DNA of 60,600 nt, the filler included, from Sphacelaria rigidula (Eukaryota), in NCBI GenBank assembly GCA_964200075.2. It is 8 parts of 8 records of this genome, joined end to end, with 100 filler letters (N's around TTAATTAATTAA, not from the genome) between each part and the next. Parts side by side here need not be neighbours in the genome. Positions count along the whole stretch, not along the records: positions 30,353 to 37,839 come from CAXNAA020014699.1; positions 37,940 to 45,426 come from CAXNAA020014700.1; positions 45,527 to 53,013 come from CAXNAA020014701.1; 5 more parts are not named here. The stretch is one strand, 5' to 3'. The position numbers were made by a program, and so were the translations under genes. Below, one piece after another: positions 36,674 through 48,708 of the stretch. The notes beneath the pieces were generated by a model, which was given only the letters and a program-made list of their open reading frames with translations, searched no databases and was not told where the DNA came from. The first letter of the stretch is position 1, and the number at the start of each line of letters is the position of its first letter.

Positions 36674-37158
36674 ATGTCAAGCGGAAGTGATCTTGCTCCC
36701 TGTGGTATTTTCGATTTCGAAGGAATTCGCGGTGAATACCCTAGTTGACACAGCCCGTATTGCTATCCGTAGATGTATGTGGTACATTCCGGAGCTGGGC
36801 GCTCTCTTTTATCATCGCACACATCGCATATCGAAGTAAGAATGCATTCACTCTACTCCATGTCGGTAGTGCTGGGACCGAGCGAGTCGACCATGACATA
36901 CGGGTGGAGAAGCTTTGGCGAATTCAACCTCTATCCAGAGAAAACATGATCTCGTCACATGCATTGCAGGGGCTCTTGATCAAAAAGTAGCAGTGGAGGG
37001 TGAGTGCAAATGGTCGCCACAAAGGAAGCGACGAGAACGCCCACATACGATGTTGCCCGTTTGTTCGCCCCCTATTCAAAACAACAGGGGATGCGCAGGC
37101 GCTGGCGCAAGAGGCAGTAAGCACTGTCCTGGAGGGGCGACGATACTCCCATAAGAAG
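36674..37158 (+). CDS. Tctex-1 (DYNLT-type) dynein light chain-like, exons 36674-36731 and 37088-37158; remainder unresolved
   Basis: Phase-1 splice gives MSSGSDLAPCGIFDFEGIRGDAQALAQEAVSTVLEGRRYSHKK, resembling the Tctex-1 helix '[20 protein letters not shown]'. Confidence 0.6.
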
Positions 37159-37409
37159 GTTGTGGGCCAATTTTCCTTGCTCGCATATGTGTGCTCAAAA
37201 AGAGGCGCTTGTTCGCAGTGTCTTGAAAAAACTGTGTAGAGCCAGGTATAGCTGCTACTATTGGCACACACCATCCGCTCGCTGCCGAGAGATGGTTTCA
37301 CCTCGATTTTGTCCTTGTCCTCACTTCTTCCCGGCTCATGCCGCCAAAAGCTGTGTCGCGGACTAACCATCAGCGGTCGCAATGTATTGATATATCGAAT
37401 TCCTACGGA

Positions 37410-37630
37410 ATGTAGTGTGTTGTCATCCTATCTACTCTGGACGCCAGTCTACACCTTTCGGTACATGTAGGTGTATCAGCTGGGGTCGCACAGGAGGAAG
37501 GGCAACACAGGAGTTTTTTTTCTGTTCTTGTTCTAGTACTCCATCTTCCTTGTGCGGTGCTCGCCTTATTTTTTTTATCGCGAGAGGGGTTCAGCAATCC
37601 CTTTCCCTCGTCGATCGTGAAGTCGAGTTT
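37410..37630 (-). mobile_element. tRNA-derived SINE, family B (5'-truncated)
   Basis: gttgtcatc...gacgccagt..acacctt...acaggaggaagg...cctcgtcga..gtgaagtcga is shared with 51470-51682. Confidence 0.85.
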
Positions 37631-38601
37631 TTTTTTTCAATGCAGTAAAGTCCATCACTTGTTCATCTCAGAAATTGTATTGTTCTGCGCTCCATGACGA
37701 AAAGCGAGTGAGTTCGTTGTATGTATCACCATGACCAACGGCCACGACAGGAAATAAAGCAATCCCCTCGACTCGCCCGCCACTCGAAACAGCCAATCAT
37801 TTATGTTGAGGATGGTGCTTTTCATTGAGGATGAGAACCNNNNNNNNNNNNNNNNNNNNNNNNNNNNNNNNNNNNNNNNNNNNTTAATTAATTAANNNNN
37901 NNNNNNNNNNNNNNNNNNNNNNNNNNNNNNNNNNNNNNNACCTCCTATGCCATTCATCAATTGGTCCCCCCCCCCCCCCCCCGCCCCACTTTTTTTTTTC
38001 TCTTGAGCGAGCGTTTTCGCGTTTTTTTATCTCGCGTACGTCTCTTTCGTGGATAATGACCACGCTGCGTCCCCCAGGTACCAATCAGTTGATGTGTCAC
38101 AATCAAGCAGTCACCTCACGTCGTATATCGCCCCCTTATTCACACGGTGCTCCGTCTCGAAACGGGTGCGTGGTCAATGATCAAACGACGAAGGCAAGCG
38201 ACAAATGAGTACGCCTCGCCCCTGCTGACACATATCATACGACTGCGGCATGCAAGATCGTGAGTACACTACTCACACACGTAGTCGTCCGTGGGGCCAT
38301 GGTCCTTGTTCGCACGTGGTCTCATTCCGATACCAACCCTACACAAGACCGCTACCACTACGGAACCGGTCGACTCCTGCAAGAACTATACCTTGTATCG
38401 GTGTGTACCTTTTTGTATTCATGTGTGTATCTCGTTTAGGCAGACCCACTAGTTCTACTTGTACTGTATAGCTCTGTTATCCTGGTGTCGGTGTAGAGAA
38501 GGTGCACGTGCTCTCCATGGCGTAGGTACACGTCGGGTTGAAACCTGAAGACCGTGTTTCCCGTCCTCACCGGGTTGGTGATTTGGGCTGTCGGCGTTTA
38601 G

Positions 38602-41600
38602 GCGCGCTACCAGTTTAAGATGGACCGACGCGTGCTGAGCCCGATCCAGCTTGCGGCGATCACGCGAATCTACGGAGATCACGGTGCGGAAATCTTGGAG
38701 TTGTTGCGCAAGAACCCCTGTAAGACGATTCCCATCATCCTCGCTCGCCTCAGGCAAAAGGATTTGGAGTGGAGAGTGGTGAGTGGCGAGTGGCGACGTA
38801 TACTGGATGTGTATTTCTAATAGAAGTCTACCCCGACGTTCCCCGCCCGATGCTATTTTCGATTCTTTCTTTACTTTATTCTATTTTAATTCTTCTTGTT
38901 TTGTTCATTTTTTAATTTATGGCGATTTTTCGTTCTTTTCCGTATCTTTTCGTGCTGTGATTGAAGGTTGGGAAGCGTGCCAGTTAACCCCATATCTATT
39001 TCCCGTACCTTTCCTCCCCCCCCTCCCCGGAAATTTGTGGCGTTTTTTTTTTGTCGTTGAATCGAATGGTTGGAAATATCTTTATTCAGAGGGAGCAACG
39101 AGCTTCCCAAGTATGGTATCCATTAAACCTACTTTTACTCGTCTCTTGTCTTCTCATCGCCTTGTTCTTTTTTCATGTCTTCGCTCGCTTTTTTGCCAAC
39201 CTTCTCTTGCCACCGCTCGCAACACTTCACAACTACAACGACAAAAACGAAAAAAAATATTTGCCGAAAGACGCGTGAGCGCCTCAACAAGGCCTGGGCG
39301 CAGGTCCAGCGAAGCACGTACTACAAGTCTCTGGACCGAAGCTCGCAAGACCTGAAGAATGAAGACAAGAAATGTCAGACCTCCAAAGCTCTTCTCAACG
39401 ACATCGCGCAAAAGTGAGCGATAGATTTTTTTTTGCTGAAGAGACAAGAGTCTGATTTCCGCCCGTTGAAGAAGAAAAGTGGGGACGTGAATGGACAAAA
39501 GTCGTGTGTGCGGTGTGGGAGTGGTGACTCACTGATCCATATCCACTCGGCGGTACGATGGTACCGAAATGTAACATGTAAGACCGTATTTCCTGGCGAC
39601 CAATCTCAATTTGTACCAAAATAAGTATTTCAGCCCGTCTAGAGGCGATTTTCTCCCGTGGATTGATTTTTCGGACTCCAGTCGGTCAGGCAATGTTTCC
39701 CAGTCAGCTGTGAGAAAACCAGATCAATCCTCTGATTCTCTGGACATTGACTTTTGGGATATCACCTTCCTGCTCAAATCGGCACACTGCCGCATCTCCT
39801 CCATTTTTTTTTTTTTCAAATCGAGATTCGTCGTCATTTTTTTCGAAGAGCCGTGTGTGTTGTGTGTGTCCGGGGAGAGATGTATGATGGCTTGATTCAT
39901 TGAGACACTGCGGACGCGTCTCATGGAAGGGGTTGAGTGGAAATACAGCTGTTGAATGTGACGAAAAAAGTGCATATGCACATGATCAATACGCAAATTG
40001 CTGTGTAACGCGGGCGAGATGGATAGACGACCGCGAATCTTGCAAGGGTCAGACAAATATTGATTCGTCTGAAAATGACTTGATTTTAGTATGATGAGTC
40101 AACTCGTGGCGAATCAATCCCTGGGCTTTATTTCAGCGTTGCAACCCAGGTAAACGCAGCCCAGACACGTGGAATGGCGAAAAAGTCGCGTAGATACCCC
40201 TTGGACCAGCGATCAACTTTTTTCTCTCTTTTGGACAATCAGGCCGAAGAAATCGTGAATGTGGTGATTTTGAGTCTTGATGATTTGTCCTAACCGTGGA
40301 ATCTTGCATCACATGCATGCGCGCAGGCGCAGCGCGCAGCTTGCTAGGGAGGAGATGCCTAAGCCCGTGGAGATGCCCAAGCCGGGATCGGCGGATGCTG
40401 CTGGTGAGGAGATGGGAGACGACCTTGACGCATTTTGGAGAGATTTGATGATGATATCTTCTGATACGTTCTGCTGCATATTGATACCAAACAACCAAAA
40501 ACATTTATATATGGCCATCTTCATATTTTTTCAGGAATTCCTGGATTGATTGATTGATTGTCGCACTTGAACTGATCCCCCAGGGGTCCAGCCGTGGATT
40601 AGAATAATGAATAAGTTAATTAATTAATGTTTCTTGGGATATGGTTTTCATTTTTTTGGTTGGGAGTGTTTGGGGTTGGATTACTATTCCTGGGAAGAAT
40701 GGAACACAATATGATGATCAAACGGTTTGAAAAATACTGTAGATGAGTGGCGGATTATTTGAATTTTTGATGGAGTACTTTTTCCGTCATGTATGGCGTC
40801 GGTTTTTTTCATGAGAGGGAGTTGTCGGAAGGACGCGGAATTTTTCCAGGTGTTTGGACACGAAATAGATCTGAAAATATGTTGATCGCTGAATTATGAC
40901 GTTAAGTCGTATGATGAAGCGAAGAGCCTTTTGAAATACGGTACTTGGTTTCCCCTCTTCTGAGAACAGAAATTACATGTTCTCATTGTAAGGGTGAGGA
41001 GGGGGGTACTTCACCCCCATCCTGCATAGCGAGCATTTAGAAAGCAATTACCAATCAAAATGAAGATTTGACTCATTCGTTGTATTTATCCCGGAATTTC
41101 TTCATTTTTTTCAACACCTGAGCGAGGCTTGTGTGACCTTTTTTTTCCCCTTCTTTTTATCATGTTCCGATTCGTAGGTAAATTTTCGAACAAGGGGAAA
41201 GGAAGGGAGATCGATGCTGAGGATGATGACGACAGCAAGGGGGATCCGATGGAAGAGGATGACATGGAGGAAGGCGGAGACAGGGTGATTTTTTTTTTTT
41301 CATTCCTGTGTTGGTGCGAAGCTGTTGATACTATGCTGGGAAATCATTGAAGCGAATGATGTGTGAAACACAGATCGCGCACAAGTATGTCGCTTACGCA
41401 ATACACAGTAAAATGAAGGTCTCATCCGCGTTTGTGTCGTTTTGTTTTGTTATGTTTTGAAGGACGGTGAAGCGGAGGCGGGAGATAAGGGCCGGGTCAA
41501 GGACGAGGATGATGACGATGGCAAGACTGAAAATGGTGGTGCCAAACGACAAACGCCATACGTAAGCTCCGTCATACTCCAATGTTTTTTTTTTCCTCCT

Positions 41601-44600
41601 TTTTTTTCGTCAAATGAGCAAGTAAAAGTCGCGTCCATAGATTCTTCATGATACCGCCTGTTGCACAATAGGTGACATCTGTGACCAACAAGAATCGTCG
41701 AAAGAAGGAGGATTCTCAAACTCGTCGGTTCGAAAACATGAAAATGTCCGAACAATCCTGTTTTTTTTTATTCAGTTGCTCTTTTTGTTTTTTTCATTGT
41801 TTATTTTTCGTTCAAAGAATAAATCAAGCATTTATTGATATACTGTATTATTTTTTCATATAACAACGTTTTCGTGAGATTGAGACTAAAGCGCTGATTG
41901 AGAGTGGCTTTGATCATTCATTCGCTTCAACATAGCCAATTTTTCCGTGTGTGCTTTTCTTTGCCATTATCACTAGCGTGTGTTGACAGCTACACGTCGA
42001 TAACCTACTCAGGGATATCAAAGGCCTCAGTGGCAAGCTACTACAAAAAGCATATTGGGCCTCGTAGAGGAGCATCCCGGAACTGAAACGATTCCTTCAC
42101 TTATTGATCACTTTTCACTCTCAATCTCATGAAAATCCTGTTCCCCAGTGACGTACCCTGGATCATGACTCCTTCGAAACCAGGAAATAATTACCATGTT
42201 TTGATGTTTTGACGCATCGGTTCCGAAAATAGTAGTAAGGAATTCAACCACGAGTCAGAGATCTCCAAGCATTGATTTTTGCGATCCTCCGCGCGTGTCC
42301 AGCGGCCAACGTGTGAGGGACCGGGAAACATAGCCCGATGATCCGTATCCGCACTGTGTAGCACGGGTCGTGTGCACTAAGAGTTTTAGCAGTGTCCATA
42401 TGAACCATGATATCTTATCTAACGCTTAACGGGGTGACTCCCTCGTCTTCTTTTGGTTTCACTGTGTATTGTGGATGTTGGGGGATTTATTCTTCTTGTT
42501 CGGGATGCAGGAGAGGAAATTGGCGGCGTACGAGGCAGGCGTAAAGCGCGCGAAGGAGGCGTTGGCGTCGAGGTACGGTATGAAGAATTATATTGTGTTG
42601 GGCATTTTTATTCGGCCGCGTCATCGTACCTGCATTTTGTTTTTGTTTTACTAGACTTTTGACCTCTACTCACAAGCGGTGCTCGCATTCATTTATTTAT
42701 CGAGTCGGGAATGTGGAGAAAGCAAGTAACATCACCCCATCCTTCATGGACACCGAACCGATTTTGTGTTTCAGTTTTTCAATCGCCGTTCTCTCTTGTC
42801 TTTTTCTTGGACGATTTTTGTTATTTTCCTCGTTCCCCTGTGTTGTTCTGTTCTTGTTGAGTCAGGTTGAAGGCGGAGGCCAGCCCCCCGCATTACATGC
42901 ATCCGCATATCAAGCTGGCGTATCCTCCAGTAGACGTCCGACAAGACTTGCACCAGTTCCTACTTCACGCCGTCCGCTGCTCCGCCAACTCGCCGGGGGA
43001 TAAAGCGAAGATGCTCAAGTAAGGATAGCTGCATACACAAGATAAAGGTAGACGTGGTACATTTTTTGGATTGGTGCATATGTGGAGATGCGTGAGTCGT
43101 TGGGTCAAGTGATCCCTTGGGAATCCAATACAGCTATTATATTAAACTGGTGGGTCATGATTCTGGAGATGATAATTATAATACATTTACTTCAACATAC
43201 ACAACATGTAATTTTATCTACAGAGTTGGATGCTTTTTAACCATCTACATTTTCGGCCTGAATTGCCGTTGAGTTAAAATAGTATTATTTTATTTTACTT
43301 CACGTACTCCCAACCATGTTAACACCATCTTACACCCTACCGTGTCTTCACGTCCACACTTGTATATTTTCCCATGTGTATTGTACTACACTGAGGTGAT
43401 CACTTTCATGATACCCCCCGCCCTCCCCCATTGCCCCCGTTCACGCTTTTTCAGGGTCCTGCCCACGCTGCGGGCATGGATGGGCGGCTCTCTCTCTTGG
43501 GACCTGCACACAACTGTCAGCAGCAGGGTGAGCAAGGTGTATAAGCCCAAGCCGGGGGCGGCGTGCGGTCTCTCTGGCTTGGAGCTGGGCATCGGTGGAG
43601 CGGCCACGTGGCCAGCGGGGGGCGCGCAGGGTTATTTGAGCGAGCTGAGGGTGGGCTCTTTGGTGAGCTGTAGTAGCTGATAGTTGGTTGTTGAGGGAAG
43701 GCGACGGCGTAAGGGGTAGAGGTAGGGGTCATCATTTACTTCAATGGTTGCAATGGAGAGACTGATCGACGCACGCACATAGATCAGGTGGATGCATTTG
43801 GTGAGGATTGTTTTGTATATAGCTGGTGTCGATGGTTACGAATGTGTGTGCGTATGTATTCATGTATAGACCAGAGTTTACACCATAAGTCTCTCGTGGA
43901 AGGGGAGACGGGGTGGCGATAGACTGTTTTGCGAGAAGTCGGCGTGTCCTTTATGTAAAAGATGATACCAAAACGTTGTGTAGTGCATGGCTGCTGCTGG
44001 TTCTTCACGTTTTCATTTTTTTTTTTCTTCATGTTCTCAATCTTCCTTTTTTCCCTCATGTTCTATACCTTGTTAATTTGCGATTTTTTTTTTCCCACGT
44101 TCTCACTTTTTTTCTCCTTGTTTTCTCCTTTTTCTCTTGGTTACTTGTTGTTCTGTTTCTTTTTTGTCTTCAGCGATTGTTTTCAATTTTGTTTCGTCTC
44201 GGTCGCGTATATCATGTGACCACGCCTGGATCCTTAGGGGCCGAGTTCAAGTACGGCAATCAATCAAATAAAATCAACGACCTCCTTCTTCAGTGTTTTT
44301 TAGTTCTTGCTTCTGCTCTTACCTTGTCTCACGTCTTCTATCTCGCGTCTTTTATCCTTTCCCCCGCCCCCCTCCCCGCCTGTTCGGACAGGTATTGACT
44401 CGATGGGGAGAAGCACGCGTGACGAGCGTGAAGAAGGGCCTGCCTCCCCCCACTGTGGCGGTGGGCGGCGGGGGACCAGTAGTACTGGCGGTTGAGGGCA
44501 CCATCATATGTTCGGGGAAGACCGTGAGCTTGCCGGCGAAGGAGATTCTTCAGGTGACTTCCTTGGTAATCAAAACGGAGAGAGTTGCCGTAGGTGGAGA

Positions 44601-45115
44601 TATACAATGGATGCCGTTAAAATTTCGAGACAATGGAACCGGTTTGGTTGCTTGTGCGGCTTTTATTTTATTTTTCAAGTTTTCCAACATTTATTTATTT
44701 ATTATTATTTGTACATTCTGGAAGCGTACGAGTACTTGTCTTCTATCTGCTTTGATGTGTGTGTATGCATGTATGTATTTTTTTTCTCCTTGTCATATTT
44801 TTCCCCCTTGTGTTTTTTTCTTGTCACCTTTTTGTTTCATTATTTTCACCTTGTCTTTCGGTTTCTCCCCCCCGACCTTTCGCCTCCTTATGCTATCAGC
44901 TGCGACCAGAAGGCATCCCGTTGGCACCCCCCTCTCCCCTCAACGAAGACGGTGATAGCTCCCGCCCCAGCTCAGCCTCTTCCAACTCGTCGCTGGGAAG
45001 CGCGGGCGCCGACATCGGTAACGGGATGCGTGGCGGCGGAGAAGAAGGAGGCGTTGCGGGCGGGGATGGGGGTCTGCGTCTTCCCGAAACGGAACGCCTC
45101 TTCATGTGTACTCAG
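38602..45115 (+). CDS. SIN3: Sin3-like histone deacetylase corepressor, internal fragment (exons 38602-38778, 39271-39413, 40327-40403, 41178-41284, 41463-41561, 42511-42572, 42866-43018, 43455-43662, 44392-44553, 44900-45115)
   Basis: All junctions are GT-AG and phase-compatible. Motifs RIYGDHGAEILELLRKNP..IPIILARLRQKDLEWR, LNKAW...YYKSLD...DKK..SKALL.DI and PHIKLAYP..DVRQDL are typical of the Sin3 post-HID region. Confidence 0.9.
41865..42140. repeat. Intronic imperfect inverted repeat (MITE-like)
   Basis: ttttcgtgagattgaga at ~41868 pairs with tctcaatctcatgaaaa at ~42119. Confidence 0.55.
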
Positions 45116-48100
45116 GTCTCTTCATGTGCACGACTTATTTATTGGGGTGGGGGAGGGTTCATGTGATATGAGGACAGAGTAAGAGTATGCCAAACGTTCG
45201 CGCCAAAATTCCGGTGTAGTCATGAGGGAGATATTTATGCATTCCTCAGTGAAACTGATGGATGAAAAGCTGTTGGGGAAGGGGGACAGTTTTGAAGAGG
45301 GTCCTGGGGCAGGGAGAGGGGGCGGGCGGGGGGGCGGGGGGGGGGGGGGGGGGGGGGCCTCATTTGTTGCTTGCTTTCGGTTGTGGGGGGGGGGGGGGGG
45401 GGGGGGGGGGGGAATCATAAAAATCGNNNNNNNNNNNNNNNNNNNNNNNNNNNNNNNNNNNNNNNNNNNNTTAATTAATTAANNNNNNNNNNNNNNNNNN
45501 NNNNNNNNNNNNNNNNNNNNNNNNNNCACGGCTGGTCACCCCTCAATAACACTCAGGTACGCCAGCGCCATGAGAGCGGGGGGGGGGGGGGGGAGAGGGG
45601 GTACGCTCCACATTGCCCCCCCGAAAATCTCCAATTTTCAAATTTCGACCCCAACTTTCTCAGTAATGATATACGTTCCAATCGTTTTTATTTTTCGATG
45701 AGGACCATGATTTTTCGTTCAACAAGCCGAACTATAGGATCGTGAGCATCTCCGTTGGGGAAACACTATCTGCAACCCGAAAAAGACTATACTAATGGCA
45801 CAGAGGGAGTACTGTACTTTAGGGATCACCATCATCAGCAACGTTCTTTTTAACAGCGATGATTACGCGGTCACCTGACTAACGAACACCTCGTGGTCTC
45901 TCCCGGAATGCAGCAGTAGCATACATGAACACGAATAAATGAATATACCGACTGTAGAAATTAATGATCAAGCAGGAGATGGATGAAGGGGCTATCCGAT
46001 GCGTGACTTGATTACGACATACAGTCTTGGTCACAACCACGCGGTCTACAGCCACGAGCAACTATCTGCTTCGTGATACTGTGTGATCTGCTGCTGTATC
46101 TGCGCAGACAACCGGACAGCTGCGTTGCATTTGGAAAATCCCTCAGTTTTCTTTTATCTTTGCTGTTGCTGGGGGTCGTCAGCGGCAGTAGATCGATCGC
46201 TGTCGAAGAAAACAAGAGGCTTTCAAAATATCAACCCAAGGTTTGTATATATTTAGTACGCTTGCTTTCTGTAAGTCGTGCGCTTAGATACACTCGTCAA
46301 ACCACGAGCTGTAGACATTACCTAGCGTACAGACGGTGCCGTAGCGTGCAGTCTGTGCAGCACAACAAGCAGGTAGGTTGCTACTGGATTTTTGCTTCTC
46401 TTCACTTCGAAGACAAGTCAAATTCTCCTGGGTTTATCTGAGAACGGCGACCGCAGTCGACGCCAGCAGCACAACGACTGCTGGCGACATACACACACCA
46501 TCTAAGAAGGCTGCCCGAAGGGTATTCGGGCATTGTGAATACAGTAGCTTACTTATTAATTCGGTGCGGAACCGATATATTGCCTGCAGTGGATGCACTA
46601 GTGATGCATCTCACCAAACAGGCAACAAAATGGCTCTCCAAACCGCCCTGCCGCTCACACGACTGCGCCATCAATTCAACAGCGCCGCGGCACCTTCGTG
46701 CCATACTTCTCTCTTCGGTGCGCTCTGATTGACTGTGCACATCAATGCACATCAATGAATTTTTCAAATGGCAGGCGTTATTCAGGTCATGACTTGGAAA
46801 AATATATATGGGTCCCATACTTCAATCAAGTTGCGCACATCAATGCACAGGTTACCGTATGGGCGCGGAGCCGCGTTTGGGGGTACAGTACAAGAGTACG
46901 AGGACGACTGCATTCTTTTGTCGCCACATGAGATTACATATAAATATTTTCTCCATCGATTCCCGTTGGTCAAAGCTCGCGACGGAAGTATCTGAAAATC
47001 CAAGCTGGACATCAACAACACAAAATCTCGGCCATGAGACCTCTGCTGTACCTTCACCCCTACCCCTACCGTGCTGCTCAATGCTTTTCCGTCGACATTG
47101 ATTCAGAAATTACAAAAAAAAGTATCCCATTCTAGAAATGCCAAGCAATTGCATCATACAACTACACAAATACCGTATTTTATGTAAGTGCACACACATC
47201 CTCATTATGTAGGTCACATGTAGGTGGAACCTAAACTGAACGCTAAATATCACGAGCTAGAAGTGCGCCGGCGCCCCCATTTGCACAAAAAGTTGACCTG
47301 ATCGTGAGAAAAAAAGCCATCAAATATGCTCCCCTATGCAACACCAAAAATACACGAAACGAACACATGGGATTGGAGATCCCAACAACATACTCTATAC
47401 TGTCCTATCCTTCGTTTGCAATACCACGAGAAACAGAAGTCGGACAAGTAACTACAAGGAGGGCACGACAAACCCTGGATGAAGGTTCCGAAACTACACA
47501 AAACAAACAGAGGGAACATACCACCACACAAATGTCACACAAATGCGCATCCTTGCACGCTGACACAAGAATTTCAGATTTAATCATCAGCCGCTCGCGG
47601 GCATATCTTCCAAAAAAACTAAACCCCTAAAAAAACGTTTTGCTGGAAAACATTGCAACCCGTGCCTGTCAAAACGTCCACAACAGGATATATCACCCTC
47701 GGCACACAACGGACTAGGCAATGACATGAATCAACCAGCGGGTTGATTTATCTGAATCAAAGTCGAGCAATCGAAGCCTCTGGAACGCCGTTACGCAAGC
47801 ATCTCCAACGAAAAAACGTCACGGGCAACTCATTCGAGCATTGCTATCGCGACTCAATGATCCTAGCAAACAACAAAAATGGTCAAGACATGCAGGCCCG
47901 CACCAGGAGGATGGGAGATCTCAGCCCAACTGCAGACGCTTTCTCGGGGCACAAAAACACGGAATACTGCCAAGTATGTGGCCACATGGTCCAATCTAGA
48001 TCAAACTTCTACATTTTCTACTACTGCATCGTACACCCACTAAAGAGCGAACGTTGGATCACGCGGGGCACTCTAGTTCGCCTCGGCACGGTTTCAACAC

Positions 48101-48708
48101 AAACGCTTTTCCACGTGTCAAAATGTTTCACCTCACTCAACAAAATTGATCCCCCCTCCCCCCCTCTCACTTTCGGGGTCATACCTCCACCTTGCAGTAA
48201 TCTATTATTTTCTCACACCTACACAGCTAGCTATTTTCATCCTCGTCGAAGTATGCAATCGATGCGACAAACCCCGCCATTTGCCGACGAGCGTAGCAAA
48301 AAAAAGTAGGCAATTCTGGGGGAAACAAACCCCGGTGTTCCCAGAAGAAAAAAAAACACTCAAGCTACTGAACGGAGGGTGGAGGGCGGGCAGTCCAACC
48401 GTATGTTGTCACTGTAGCCACAAGTTACTCGCGCCGAAAACATCCCACTTCCCCCCACCCATCCGCGTCGCCGCAACGACGCGAGAGCCAAACAAAAGTC
48501 GACACGAACCAAACAGTCCCGCCTCGCAGATATTCCCAACTGCTGGAGACGAGAGTTGACCTTCTTTGCTCCCCCCCCCCCCCCCCACCCCCCCCTGCTC
48601 TACCCCATCGCCGCCGCTGCTGCCTCAGCTTCGTCGTTCCAGCAGGGCACCGCACACCCGTTCTACAAACGGCGATTGCGCTGCTGCTCTGCGCCCAGTT
48701 TTTGTATT

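Noticed and set aside
46073-46240. Possible signal-peptide first exon (LSFLLSLLLLGVVSG)
   Set aside because: No in-frame ATG and no compatible downstream exon identified.
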